Program-made: the position numbers and the translations under genes
Part shown: positions 19,452-28,921 of the stretch, one piece after another
How positions within the stretch are numbered: position 1 is the first letter of the stretch
Layout of the letters: each line of letters opens with the position of its first letter
The notes under the pieces: model-generated
The model's input: the letters and a program-made list of their open reading frames with translations, nothing else
Database searches by the model: none
What the model was told of the DNA's origin: nothing
IMG/VR virus record: IMGVR_UViG_3300028146_000003
Span: 1 to 54,010 of that record
Strand: one strand, 5' to 3'
DNA: 54,010 nucleotides
Source: a virus
Lineage: Duplodnaviria > Caudoviricetes

Positions 19452-20091
19452 CGTCATGCTGCTGGAGCACGCCAAGAGCGGGCTTCAAGCCGAACTCGAT
19501 ACCGCCGTGACCAATGGCGACACGGAAGGGGCGCGCAAGATAGCCGACCGAATCAGCGCCTTGAACAGCGCAGCCGCGCCCAAGCCGTCAACGGCATTCG
19601 GCGATGCCGAGATCCGTGCAGAGTTGAACAAGCTCCCGTGGTTCGGTGTGGACCCGAAGAAATCCGGCCGTACGATCGAACTCGGCAAGACGATGGACCC
19701 GAAGAAATTCGGCACGGCTGCCGAGTTCACGGCGGCGCTGGTTAAGGTCGTTGACGAAGAATTCAAACCGGCGGCCAAAGAGGGCGAAGGCGAGAACGAA
19801 GAGGGCGACGGCGGCGAGGAAGGCGAGGGGGAGGGCGAAGGCACCGCACCCAAGCCGAAGAAACCACGCGCCAGCGACGGCCCGGCGGATGGCGATGCCG
19901 GCGGTACGCGCACACGCCGCGCAACGGGACCGTGGGTGAAGATATCCGACGCGCCCGCCGACGTGCAAAAGGAAATTAACCGCACGGCGGACAAGTTCGC
20001 GCCCAAGACGAAAGAGGGCCGTGAGACGTTCGTAGCCAAAGCGCTCGCGGCGCACTACAGCAAGGCGCAGATCGCCAAGGGAAAGAAATAG
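19438..20091 (+). CDS. Putative head scaffolding protein
   Basis: Helical protein with PWFG motif, acidic linker and basic C-terminus; follows GroES. Confidence 0.55.
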   Translation: MPDLNVMLLEHAKSGLQAELDTAVTNGDTEGARKIADRISALNSAAAPKPSTAFGDAEIRAELNKLPWFGVDPKKSGRTIELGKTMDPKKFGTAAEFTAALVKVVDEEFKPAAKEGEGENEEGDGGEEGEGEGEGTAPKPKKPRASDGPADGDAGGTRTRRATGPWVKISDAPADVQKEINRTADKFAPKTKEGRETFVAKALAAHYSKAQIAKGKK

Positions 20092-20095
20092 AGCC

Positions 20096-20272
20096 GTGGC
20101 AACTAAAGAGCAGATCGAGGCGGCCGGAAACGCTTACTGGAACCACTATCGCGCTATTGGTGGCCATGCGCCCGAAGCTCGATTTAAGTTAGACCCAGAC
20201 TTCGCGAATGCAATTGAAGCGGCTCTTGACGCTGCGGCTCGCGTTGTCGAATCTCAGGATGACAATACATGA
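20096..20272 (+). CDS. Small hypothetical protein (58 aa, not in ORF track)
   Basis: GTG start, MATKEQIEAAGNAYW...; stop overlaps the next ATG (ATGA). Confidence 0.55.
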   Translation: MATKEQIEAAGNAYWNHYRAIGGHAPEARFKLDPDFANAIEAALDAAARVVESQDDNT

Positions 20273-20817
20273 TCGATCCGACCAACCCCTTCGACGGCAT
20301 CCCCGACGCGCTCAAGCCGAATCCGCCGGCATCCATACCGCAGCCACAATCGGCCGGTGACGCCATGGCAAGCGCGTCACCGTTCAAGGAAGCGCTGGAC
20401 GTCGATGCGATCATCAAGAACCTGACGCTCGATCGGCCGTTGAAGTTGTTCATCCCGAATAAGGAAAAATTCCCGCAGTACGAGTTCCGGATTATCAACA
20501 GCATTCCGCACGAGATCGCCGACGCCCACAACAAGGGCTTCAAGGAAGTCACCGACGACGATATGTCCAAGCTGTTCCGCGATCTTGTCGCCGGCACGGA
20601 CAAAGAGGGCAAGGCGTTCCGTCCGATCTTGGTTGCGCGTCCGAAGGCCGTCGGTGACCACATCCGCAAGCGCTACCGTCTGCAGCTCGCCAGCCTGTAC
20701 GCCGGTATGGACCCAAGCAACAAAGACCTGTCGGGCAAATACACGACCAACGTAGACGCCAAGGACGGCACCAAAGGACAATTTACCGGCGCCGGGTTCC
20801 GTATCAAAGCAGGGTAA
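20269..20817 (+). CDS. Head-module hypothetical protein
   Basis: YEFRIINS...GFKEV...ILVARPK; high-GC3 codon use; follows the scaffold gene. Confidence 0.65.
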   Translation: MIDPTNPFDGIPDALKPNPPASIPQPQSAGDAMASASPFKEALDVDAIIKNLTLDRPLKLFIPNKEKFPQYEFRIINSIPHEIADAHNKGFKEVTDDDMSKLFRDLVAGTDKEGKAFRPILVARPKAVGDHIRKRYRLQLASLYAGMDPSNKDLSGKYTTNVDAKDGTKGQFTGAGFRIKAG

Positions 20818-20820
20818 TAT

Positions 20821-21039
20821 ATGCACTGGTTTGTTTGGCTTAGAAATATCAAGGGCGGCTACGATCCGCAGTTGTGGTTGGATGACTACACTGAAGGTCC
20901 AGCCCCGTGGTTCCGTGCGGACTGCCATAGAGAAATCACAGAACGTGTGGCGCAGAAAATTAAGCTGTCGCCAGACGAACGAAACATAAGTCTTGCCCAC
21001 GCGATCGAAAAATACCCGCAACCGTCGCTCGCACAATAA
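20821..21039 (+). CDS. Hypothetical protein
   Basis: Aromatic-rich 72-aa ORF directly after the previous gene. Confidence 0.5.
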   Translation: MHWFVWLRNIKGGYDPQLWLDDYTEGPAPWFRADCHREITERVAQKIKLSPDERNISLAHAIEKYPQPSLAQ

Positions 21040-21117
21040 ACCCCGACTGTTGCACGCACGCCACACCTTTCCGGCGTAGAGTGGTCACGTAAATTCCACT
21101 CACAAAGGATGGATGAT

Positions 21118-21846
21118 ATGAATCGGTTTGTTGCTTTGCTGGCCGGGGCCGCGCTGTGCAGCCCGGCGATCGCGGCCGATATGAAGCCCTTCCCCGTCAA
21201 AGCGCCGCTGCTCAGCACGGCGTACCCGTCCACCAACGGCATTTACTTCGGTGTGGGAACGCTTGGCGGGGGCGGCACTGTGACGGCCGACGTGCCGGGG
21301 GTGAACAACAACTCGCTGGTGTCCAACCAGATCGGCGTGGCCGGCATCGTAGGCTACGTCTGGAACGTCCCGAACTCGGCTTACTTCGCGGCCGTCGAGG
21401 GATGGTTCGGCTGGCAGAACTTCAACGGCACGCAGCAGGGCTTCGCACTCACCGGCCCGGCGACGTTCACTCAGCGTGCCATGGTGGGGGCGCCGCTCAA
21501 CGACATTGCGGCTCTGTTCCCAACCTGGAACCTCCAGGTGCCTCCGTTCCCGACGCTGCCGGGCGGGCAGACGGCGAGCAATATCAAGCCGTACATCTTC
21601 GGCTCGTTGACCGAGGATGATATCACGATCGACGTGGCCGGCATGGGCAGCAACAAGGACTGGCGGCTCGCGCCCGGCATGGGCATCGGCATGTTGGGAC
21701 AACTCACCAGCGGCTCGGTTGTGGACGTATTCGCCATGACCAAGTTTCCGCAGAAGGGCGTTTGCTTCGGCAACGGCCTCCCGAACGGGCAGGCGTGCGG
21801 TGGAGTGGGTACGACATACCTCGCCGGCCTGAGCCTGAAGTGGTAG
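21118..21846 (+). CDS. Outer-membrane beta-barrel protein (Omp25/Omp31/RopB-like)
   Basis: Signal peptide ending AIA-ADM, rhizobial ADM..PVKAP motif, GIYFG first strand, C-terminal beta-signal LSLKW. Confidence 0.8.
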   Translation: MNRFVALLAGAALCSPAIAADMKPFPVKAPLLSTAYPSTNGIYFGVGTLGGGGTVTADVPGVNNNSLVSNQIGVAGIVGYVWNVPNSAYFAAVEGWFGWQNFNGTQQGFALTGPATFTQRAMVGAPLNDIAALFPTWNLQVPPFPTLPGGQTASNIKPYIFGSLTEDDITIDVAGMGSNKDWRLAPGMGIGMLGQLTSGSVVDVFAMTKFPQKGVCFGNGLPNGQACGGVGTTYLAGLSLKW

Positions 21847-21851
21847 CGCCA

Positions 21852-22211
21852 GTGAGCACCATAACCCGCCTCACAACGCCGCCTCCGGTAAGCTCCTACG
21901 CCCCTGGGGGCATCTCCGAGGTTACGGTTGCCGCAGTGGACAAGATCGGCACCGCAACTTCGGACCAGATACGGCACACGGCCGCTACGATTCGGGCCGA
22001 TGCCGACGACGTTGCCAGCAAGCTCGAACAGCTTGCCGACAAGTTCGATGAGCAGACCCGCATCGCGTCAGAAAAGGTGAGCGAATTCTGTCTGAAGATG
22101 GCGTCGGCCCGCGATATGGTGCGCGGACTGGAAACGCAGATCGCCGCCAAGGTTGACGGGACGGAAGAGCCTTCGCCCGCCTTCCTGCATCGGCCGCTGA
22201 GCACCCCCTAG
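21852..22211 (+). CDS. Coiled-coil hypothetical protein with C-terminal PAFLHR
   Basis: GTG start; heptad-rich; followed by hairpins. Confidence 0.65.
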   Translation: MSTITRLTTPPPVSSYAPGGISEVTVAAVDKIGTATSDQIRHTAATIRADADDVASKLEQLADKFDEQTRIASEKVSEFCLKMASARDMVRGLETQIAAKVDGTEEPSPAFLHRPLSTP

Positions 22212-22271
22212 GGCCACGCGCGGCCCGCCGAGCCCAAGCTGTCCGCTTGGGGTTTTACCCTCCCTGGACTT

Positions 22272-22300
22272 GGCCCCGGCTTCACAACCGGGGCCTTTTT
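22272..22300 (+). terminator. Rho-independent terminator
   Basis: GGCCCCGG-loop-CCGGGGCC then TTTTT; a second hairpin CCCAAGC/GCTTGGG lies at about 22233-22251. Confidence 0.8.
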
Positions 22301-22463
22301 CGTCTATGGTGCTGGAAACATGGAGGCGACGATGGACGCGCTACTGCTGCCCCTCGTGCTGTTCACCTACCTGCTGCGGCATCACGGCGCCGCCTGCTAC
22401 CGTAACGGTGACCGCTTGGTGCCCGTCGATGCGATGGGCGCCAGAAACTGACGCCCTCTGCGT

Positions 22464-22808
22464 TCACTTGATCTTCTCGATAGCCTCAATAACCAAGCTC
22501 GTAACCGTACGCCGGGTTTTCTTCGCCCTGGCAATGATCTTGGCCTTTTCGGCTTTCGTCAGCCGCATGTCCAGCCGTTCCGAGCGTGCGGCGGTCCGGG
22601 CCGGCTTTTTGGCCTTCGGTTTCTTGACTTTGGGCTTTGGTGCCTGCTTGGCGGCCCGGCGCGCTCGCGAGCGGATGGCTTCCGGCGTCATGCTCGGTGA
22701 CTTGGGAGCCGACTTTTTGGGCAGTTCCTCCGCAAGACGCTTCCCGACTTCCTGGTAAATAGGGTCGCCCCCGCCTTTACCATATTCACGATACGTTACG
22801 TCATCCAT
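22464..22808 (-). CDS. Basic protein with a C-terminal ribbon-helix-helix domain
   Basis: RSERLDMRLTKAEKAKIIARAKKTRRTVTSLVIEAI after a Lys/Pro/Ala-rich linker. Confidence 0.7.
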   Translation of the reverse strand: MDDVTYREYGKGGGDPIYQEVGKRLAEELPKKSAPKSPSMTPEAIRSRARRAAKQAPKPKVKKPKAKKPARTAARSERLDMRLTKAEKAKIIARAKKTRRTVTSLVIEAIEKIK

Positions 22809-22890
22809 GGCTGTGATCCTGTACGGTTGACAGTGGCAAGCGTATGACATACATTGCCGCACAGGTCAACACAGGTACGGAAACGATGAA

Positions 22891-23070
22891 ATGAAGAAAT
22901 GCGAGAGATGCGGCGCCACGCCAGATGGCGAGTATGGGCTGCTCGATTATTGTGCGGTGTGTTCCCGCGATCTCTGCCCCAAGTGCATGGAGATGGGCTG
23001 CTGCGGTAACGTCCCAGCTTGGAGCGGCGAAGAGCAAGACGTAGCTAACTCTCAATCGCCATCGAAATAG
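22891..23070 (+). CDS. Small Cys-rich zinc-finger protein (59 aa, not in ORF track)
   Basis: MKKCERC...YCAVCSRDLCPKC...CC (8 Cys); TTGACA at 22827 upstream. Confidence 0.6.
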   Translation: MKKCERCGATPDGEYGLLDYCAVCSRDLCPKCMEMGCCGNVPAWSGEEQDVANSQSPSK

Positions 23071-24589
23071 CACAGCAATCCCAACGGTCCGGCGATCGGC
23101 CGATCGCGGCCCTGATCTTTTCCTTTGGCGTCATGAACAGCCGCGCCTGCTCGTCACGCCGACAAGCATTCAGCCCCCACTTGTACGCCGCCGCTTCCTC
23201 TTGCGCCATCTTGTCGTTCGGCATCGATACCTTACCGCCAAGCCAACGCAACAGCTTGTCATGCAGCTCCGCACGCCGGTTGCCGTACATAACGGAGTTG
23301 TTGGCGCCGTGGCTGAATATCACGGCAACGATTTTTTCCGGCCCCAACTCCCGCATACGCAACCGGCAACCGGCGACCAGATCGCGCCCATAGCCGCCCG
23401 TGCCGTCAACCAAGATAGCGTCCATATCGAAACGCCGGAACGTCGCCACAAGCCAGTCAGACGCCACGTTGGCGTCACGCGAGGCCAGCTCGCCCCACAC
23501 CCGCATTCCGATCGCAGATCCTTGCCGATCGCACACGAAGGGCTTGTCCTGGCCATCGCCGGCCGGGTCCACGCAAAGCAGCTTCAACGCCCCGGCGGAT
23601 GGCGCTGGCTTGCTGGTCATGGCCGCTTGCACCAACGACGCCGGATAGAAATCCAGCGTGCTGTCGGCCATGAAACATTCGCTATATATGGCCGGGTACT
23701 CTTGACGCGTCAGCCGGTGAATCGTTTCGGGCTGGCCGCCGTTCATTGTCGCAATCGTATAGTTCTGCATCCAGAACCAATAGATCTGTTCGCGGTCAAG
23801 CCCATGCAGCCGGGCGTAGTCTTCAAACTCTTTCGACGCAGCCCAACCTTGCGGCGCGGCCGTGCGGTACTCAGGCATGACCGACCACGGCAGGAAATGG
23901 ATACGCCACGGCCCCCTGTTGCGCTGGCGTTCGGCTTCCTCGCACATATTGTAGAACATGCCGGATTGACCGTTGCCAGTGCTCTCCAGCGCTATCTCGG
24001 TTCCCGGCAGGTTCTGTACGGTCTGCAAGAGGCCCGACGATAGATCTTCCGTGTTGTCGAAAAACCCGGCTTCCGACAAGTGCAGCAAATGGAAGTCGTC
24101 AGAGCGGCCGATGTCGCCGCCATCCGCCGACGCGACTTTGTACAACGATTTCAGCTTGTCGAAAATCAATTCATAGGCGTTCGTGGCGCCGACTGACGGC
24201 CGTACAGCCAGCGGCAGCCCGTTGGCAAACTCTTTTATCTCCCGGTGCAGGTTGCCGGCGCTGTCCGATCGGTGCGCCACGACTTGCGCTCTACGCCCGA
24301 ACCTAGTGGCAGTCTGATGGAAGTACCGGCCGCCTATGTACGTACTCACGCCCATACGGCGTGCTTTTGGTATCAGCGCCCGCACCATGCCGAACACTTC
24401 AAGCTCGCGCTCGATACGTGCGTGCAAGACGCGCTGCGGGCTGTTCAGCACAAACGGAATGCGCTCGCCGCCTTCGCGCGGGCGCACGCGCAAGAACTTC
24501 TCGCGGTAATAATCGAAATTGCAGAGCTTCGCCCGTATGGCTTCCTTAGCCTGTACGGGCGAAGCTGCCGGTGCCCACGGGAAGTTCAC
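23045..24589 (-). CDS. terL: Terminase large subunit
   Basis: Walker A KARRMGVST, Walker B LLHLSE, ESTGNG, nuclease VDPAGDG..D and SPDRWD; GTG start overlaps the upstream stop (GTGA). Confidence 0.92.
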   Translation of the reverse strand: MNFPWAPAASPVQAKEAIRAKLCNFDYYREKFLRVRPREGGERIPFVLNSPQRVLHARIERELEVFGMVRALIPKARRMGVSTYIGGRYFHQTATRFGRRAQVVAHRSDSAGNLHREIKEFANGLPLAVRPSVGATNAYELIFDKLKSLYKVASADGGDIGRSDDFHLLHLSEAGFFDNTEDLSSGLLQTVQNLPGTEIALESTGNGQSGMFYNMCEEAERQRNRGPWRIHFLPWSVMPEYRTAAPQGWAASKEFEDYARLHGLDREQIYWFWMQNYTIATMNGGQPETIHRLTRQEYPAIYSECFMADSTLDFYPASLVQAAMTSKPAPSAGALKLLCVDPAGDGQDKPFVCDRQGSAIGMRVWGELASRDANVASDWLVATFRRFDMDAILVDGTGGYGRDLVAGCRLRMRELGPEKIVAVIFSHGANNSVMYGNRRAELHDKLLRWLGGKVSMPNDKMAQEEAAAYKWGLNACRRDEQARLFMTPKEKIRAAIGRSPDRWDCCAISMAIES

Positions 24590-24963
24590 GGCGCGGGTGC
24601 GGCTGCCGGGGCAGTCGCCTGCACATGAGCCGCTACGGTGGCAATTGCCGCCGGTGCCGAGGCCGGATTTACCTGGGCTTTGGCGGCGGCGTTGAGCACC
24701 TTGGCACGCAGGATGGTCAAGCCAGCTACGGCCATTTCCTTGCCGTATGCGCTCCACAGCGACACGCCCTCAGTGATGACGCCCCCCACTATGCCGATGG
24801 CGATTTCGGAGTTGCTACCCGACACCGTGACGCCGTGCAATGCGAGGAAAGCACATCCCCATTTCACGACGCCACGGGCGAACGTAACGCTAAGTGTGGC
24901 GACGATTTGAGATTTAGTCGGCGCGGCCGGAACTGGCGCCGTCAGTGCGTTGAGCGTATCCAT
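24586..24963 (-). CDS. Putative holin
   Basis: Two hydrophobic segments, GGAG RBS, in the lysis cluster. Confidence 0.55.
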   Translation of the reverse strand: MDTLNALTAPVPAAPTKSQIVATLSVTFARGVVKWGCAFLALHGVTVSGSNSEIAIGIVGGVITEGVSLWSAYGKEMAVAGLTILRAKVLNAAAKAQVNPASAPAAIATVAAHVQATAPAAAPAP

Positions 24964-25026
24964 TCAGCTCCCCTGTCATTAGGAGAGCCTGCATAGCACG
25001 TGTCATACACATTGGCAACCAGAGCG

Positions 25027-25350
25027 CTACGGGGTGGCAGAGCGGGGCGGCTGGCGCAGAATGTTCTTGATCTCAGTGAGGGTATCCACAACACCGTCGA
25101 ACTTCGTTTCAATCCTCACCATGCGCTCGCTCAAAGAAGAGGACGATTTGGCGGCGGTATCAACGGCGATTGCCGAAGTGGTGCGGTCGCGTTCAAGGGC
25201 GCTCAGCCGCTCTCCGGTGGTTGCTGCCCACCACCCACCCGCGAAAGTTTGCGCAAGAATGACTCCAATCAAAGCGATTGGTACTCGCTTATCGAGGTGC
25301 CAATTCTTATCCTGTTCCACGGGACGGCGCTCTTCTGCAGTGCCAGCCAC
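25027..25350 (-). CDS. Single-TM coiled-coil membrane protein of the lysis region
   Basis: WHLDKRVPIALIGVILAQ...WW followed by a coiled coil. Confidence 0.6.
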   Translation of the reverse strand: MAGTAEERRPVEQDKNWHLDKRVPIALIGVILAQTFAGGWWAATTGERLSALERDRTTSAIAVDTAAKSSSSLSERMVRIETKFDGVVDTLTEIKNILRQPPRSATP

Positions 25351-25393
25351 CTTTAACCCTTCTAAGGCCGTATGGTTTCAGCAGTGTGACGCA

Positions 25394-25639
25394 CTACGTT
25401 GGATTTTTACGCTCTTCGGCGGCGCCCTCAAGGTTGCCCTTAGCACGCTCAGATTCTCCAGTAACCTTGAGCAGTGCGGCATTACTATCGGACTGCGCTT
25501 TCGCAAGGCCATTCGTCTGAGTAGTCAATGTGACGAGGCGCTTAGTTGTTTTCACGTAAGCCACTATACCTAGAATAGATTGAACGACAAACGCCGCCAA
25601 GAGGCTGCCGAGAAACCCGCCAAGCTCGGATGAGTTCAA
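25394..25639 (-). CDS. Small membrane protein (holin/antiholin-like)
   Basis: TTG start overlaps the endolysin stop, GGGAG RBS, N-terminal TM segment. Confidence 0.5.
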   Translation of the reverse strand: MNSSELGGFLGSLLAAFVVQSILGIVAYVKTTKRLVTLTTQTNGLAKAQSDSNAALLKVTGESERAKGNLEGAAEERKNPT

Positions 25640-26568
25640 GTCACAAACTCCCAATCCACGACACCCTTACCGTCGATGCCGAGCGCGCGGGCCGTAGCTG
25701 GTGTCAAATCGATGCCAGCCTTGTTCGTGTGCCGGCCGCGCATGTCCGTACCGCTCTCAGCCTGCGGGCGCGCGTGGGCTTCCCAATACGGATCGTTCGT
25801 GTTCCAAGGCCCTTTGTCAACAACCGGGCCAACTACCGATTTGCCGTTGGCGTATGCGCGTACGCGGGTGCCCTCCGGCACGGCACCCGGCAGCGAAAAC
25901 CCAATTTCAGAATCCGTAATGGCGTGGCCAGTGTACGCGCTGGTCTCAGGATCGGCCCTGCCGCCGAACACCGTTGCGACGATGCCCATGTTCCGATGCG
26001 GCGCTACCGCAGGCGCAGCAGCGGGGGCCGCAGGCGTGGCCGGCTCGCCCAAACTCGCAACCACGTCAGGATGCTGCGCAGCCTCGTCCTGATAGGGATC
26101 ATAGGCTTCCGATGGATACCACGCACCGGAGAACAGCGCAGCCTGTCGCCACACCGGCACGCGCTGTACGTGGCCGCTGTCAACGAAGCTAGTGCTTTCG
26201 GTGGCGTGCCCCCAATCCTGCCCCGAGATCAATCCATGCTTACGCGCCATGACGCGAAGGAACGCGTACGGCTTGTTGTCTTCGGCATACTTGCCATTGA
26301 CGAACACGCCGAAGTCAGCCGCAACGCCGTAGCCGTGGCACCCAACTGTGCGGAGCTGCGTTGCCCGCTGCACGAATAGCGCGCTCTGCCGCGTCTGCGA
26401 TCGGTACGTTTCCAGTAGCCGCAAATCGATGCCTTGCGCTTTGGCGTCGTCCAGCAGCGCGAGCACAGCCGCCCGCGTGCCCGGCTCCAGCAACGCCAGA
26501 TCCTTGCAAACTGCGCTGCTACGGAATGCGCTCGAATTGCGGATTACGGTGTCGTAGAAGCTCGGCAT
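25636..26568 (-). CDS. Endolysin: M15-type (L-Ala-D-Glu) peptidase plus RlpA/DPBB-like domain
   Basis: ETYRSQTRQ..L, HGYGVAAD, SGQDW...DSGHVQ; PA linker; ATVFGG, VVDKGPW, GIDLTPATARALG. Confidence 0.85.
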   Translation of the reverse strand: MPSFYDTVIRNSSAFRSSAVCKDLALLEPGTRAAVLALLDDAKAQGIDLRLLETYRSQTRQSALFVQRATQLRTVGCHGYGVAADFGVFVNGKYAEDNKPYAFLRVMARKHGLISGQDWGHATESTSFVDSGHVQRVPVWRQAALFSGAWYPSEAYDPYQDEAAQHPDVVASLGEPATPAAPAAAPAVAPHRNMGIVATVFGGRADPETSAYTGHAITDSEIGFSLPGAVPEGTRVRAYANGKSVVGPVVDKGPWNTNDPYWEAHARPQAESGTDMRGRHTNKAGIDLTPATARALGIDGKGVVDWEFVT

Positions 26569-26571
26569 GGG

Positions 26572-27888
26572 CTACCCCATTATCTCCTCGATCAGGATGC
26601 TAGCGAGCGGATTCGTTCCTCCCGCCGACCCCGTCTGAAATACCGTCACGGTGGCTCCGCTGGTGCTCTTGACATAGACCGTGTACGCCGTCGATGAGGT
26701 AGTTCCAGGGGCGTCAAGGCCGCTCCAATGACTTGGAGCTATAAGCGCGAAAGCCCCGGAGGATTGTAATAGAAACTGGGAAGCCCCAACCTGAGCCGCC
26801 GCCGCTCCTCTAAAAATTGCGGATACGTTGGCTGACCCGGAGGCATCTGTTCTGACCACCCCATCCGCAGAAACCCTAACAAGATTGGCAGATCTTGTTG
26901 GTGTGATGGACGCCGTAAGGTTTGACGCCACATAGGATGCAGACGTGGTGGTCGTCTGTGTGCTCGTCGTCCCATATACAGTCTGCACCACAGAGCCGGG
27001 CTTGTTGACGCCGGGACCGAATACTTGCAAAGACGTGCATGAACTGGCCCAAGTGCCGCCAACACTCACGCCAGTAGCATAGTCGCAATAGCCGATAATC
27101 CGCACGGCATCAGCGGAAACGCCAGTCGTGGCGTACAGCACGCCACTGTTGTCAGAAGAACCGCCGCCGCTGAGAGTCACGCTGGTAACAAGCGAACTCT
27201 CCCAAGCCGCGCACGGGAATACGTTGGTGGTGTTGCTACACGTCGCAACAGCCATCACAGGCGAGCCGCCGTTGTACTCTTCGAAGATCCAGACGCGGAA
27301 AGGTATGTTTCCGTTCGAAGTGCCGAGCGTTGCACCCTGCGGGATGGCGATGGACTGAGAGGCAGAAATCGTCGTCCACGTCACCGTGCCTGTCGTCGCC
27401 ACAGTAGACCGGAACGGCACCAAAACCGGATTGGTGCTCGTAGGAGCGGACCCATTCGCCTGCGTCAAGGTGAGGGTGAGTATGTCCCCAGACGCAGAGG
27501 CGGACAAACCAAGGTTGACCGGCATATCATAGCCGGTATTGACGCTAACGACGCCGCAGCTAAAGCCAACGCCGGCCGTCCAGCGCAGTGCTTGATTGAC
27601 GCCCGTACACGCCGGTAGCGCTTCGTCACCTACGCTGACGCCATCTAGGCTGCCCTTGACGGTGTTGGCGGGGCCAGCCGTGAACCCACTGTTGGCGATC
27701 GTACCGAAAACCGGGTCGGAAGTCGCACCTTGGCTGACAAGCGGCCTGCCGGCGGTGCCGGGCACTGCGGCATTGAACCCCGTATTGCCGGCGCCTTTGC
27801 CGATTGGAACGGAGTGTACCGCCGTCTGCTGCGCAAGCGCAGGGGTACAAGCCAGCAAAAGCGCAAATGCGAAAGATGCCAGTTTCAT
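26572..27888 (-). CDS. Tail-fibre-like protein with an N-terminal signal peptide
   Basis: MKLASFAFALLLACTPALA-QQ; S/T/G/A-rich beta sequence; C-terminal GSVVQTV...SITPT...DAPGTTSSTAY fibre-tip-like domain. Confidence 0.7.
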   Translation of the reverse strand: MKLASFAFALLLACTPALAQQTAVHSVPIGKGAGNTGFNAAVPGTAGRPLVSQGATSDPVFGTIANSGFTAGPANTVKGSLDGVSVGDEALPACTGVNQALRWTAGVGFSCGVVSVNTGYDMPVNLGLSASASGDILTLTLTQANGSAPTSTNPVLVPFRSTVATTGTVTWTTISASQSIAIPQGATLGTSNGNIPFRVWIFEEYNGGSPVMAVATCSNTTNVFPCAAWESSLVTSVTLSGGGSSDNSGVLYATTGVSADAVRIIGYCDYATGVSVGGTWASSCTSLQVFGPGVNKPGSVVQTVYGTTSTQTTTTSASYVASNLTASITPTRSANLVRVSADGVVRTDASGSANVSAIFRGAAAAQVGASQFLLQSSGAFALIAPSHWSGLDAPGTTSSTAYTVYVKSTSGATVTVFQTGSAGGTNPLASILIEEIMG

Positions 27889-28496
27889 GGTATCAGAACC
27901 CAAGAGTTGAGATCAGGAGACGGACGAAGACGTACGCGGGCCAGATAGTCCGCCGTTGATTGCAAATTCCACCCCGCTTGCTGCATGATCGTGGCGCCAT
28001 CCGGCGTTGATAATAAAATGGTGTGGTTGACGACGCCCGTAGAAAAGTCGGTCAACACGATGTCTTTCTGCGTAAGGAACTGCGCCGCAATCGTTGGCAG
28101 CAGTACGGCCGTATTGGCAGGCGCGGCACGCTGCACGGCCGCGAGTGACACCCCCGGATTGATGGTGTTGTTCGCAACGGCGAGCGATTGAAACACTGAA
28201 CCGGACGGCGACAGAAACGCTTGCCATAGCGCGGGCGTTGCAGCTTGGTAAGCCCCGGTGATCGGGTTCCAAATGTACAACGTACCTTCGGCCGACCACG
28301 ACGGAATGGCAGGCTTGAACCAAAACGTACTTGACTGATTCGCTGTCGGCGCAACCTGTCCAACCGATAGTGCGAACATGCCGGCACGAGCCAGTGCAGC
28401 GACGATGTAATCAAGTCCCGGCATACGTTCCGATCGCACACCGCTGCCGACAAGCCGCAGCAGCCCCATAAAATCCGTCGCTGGGTTGTAGCTCAT
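27885..28496 (-). CDS. Putative virion structural protein
   Basis: In the coupled late operon; beta-rich. Confidence 0.6.
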   Translation of the reverse strand: MSYNPATDFMGLLRLVGSGVRSERMPGLDYIVAALARAGMFALSVGQVAPTANQSSTFWFKPAIPSWSAEGTLYIWNPITGAYQAATPALWQAFLSPSGSVFQSLAVANNTINPGVSLAAVQRAAPANTAVLLPTIAAQFLTQKDIVLTDFSTGVVNHTILLSTPDGATIMQQAGWNLQSTADYLARVRLRPSPDLNSWVLIP

Positions 28497-28921
28497 ATCT
28501 CGTGCTCATTTTCCGCAGTGTACAGCGGGTTAAGCGCAACTGCGACCGCAACCGGATTGGCGGGCCACACACCGGCCGCCTTCGGCCCAAGGATGGACGG
28601 CTGCAATCCGTAGTTCGGATACCCGCCCCAAAGCAGGCAGTAATCACCGTTGGCGCCAAGATCGTTCGTCGGACGTGCCGAACTGAACCAGTTGAGCGCG
28701 CCTTGGTAGGTCACAGGCACTGCGAACAGATAGTTGCCCCATGGACTCGTTTGGCTGTTAGTGCGCTTGACGTATAGGAACTGCGTTTGCGTATCGATGT
28801 ACACATCACCGATGACGCCGGCAGAGGGCACAGGCTCGCCAGTGCCGAGCAGCACCGGACCGAATTGCTTCGTCTGCGCGAACACGCCGCCTTGCATGGT
28901 CCCGTTGTCAAAGCCTGCCAT
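28493..28921 (-). CDS. Fibre-associated protein with GxGxP...GDxYxD repeats (paralogue of 28921-29550)
   Basis: MAGFDNGTMQGG..., two GD(V)Y repeats. Confidence 0.7.
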   Translation of the reverse strand: MAGFDNGTMQGGVFAQTKQFGPVLLGTGEPVPSAGVIGDVYIDTQTQFLYVKRTNSQTSPWGNYLFAVPVTYQGALNWFSSARPTNDLGANGDYCLLWGGYPNYGLQPSILGPKAAGVWPANPVAVAVALNPLYTAENEHEI

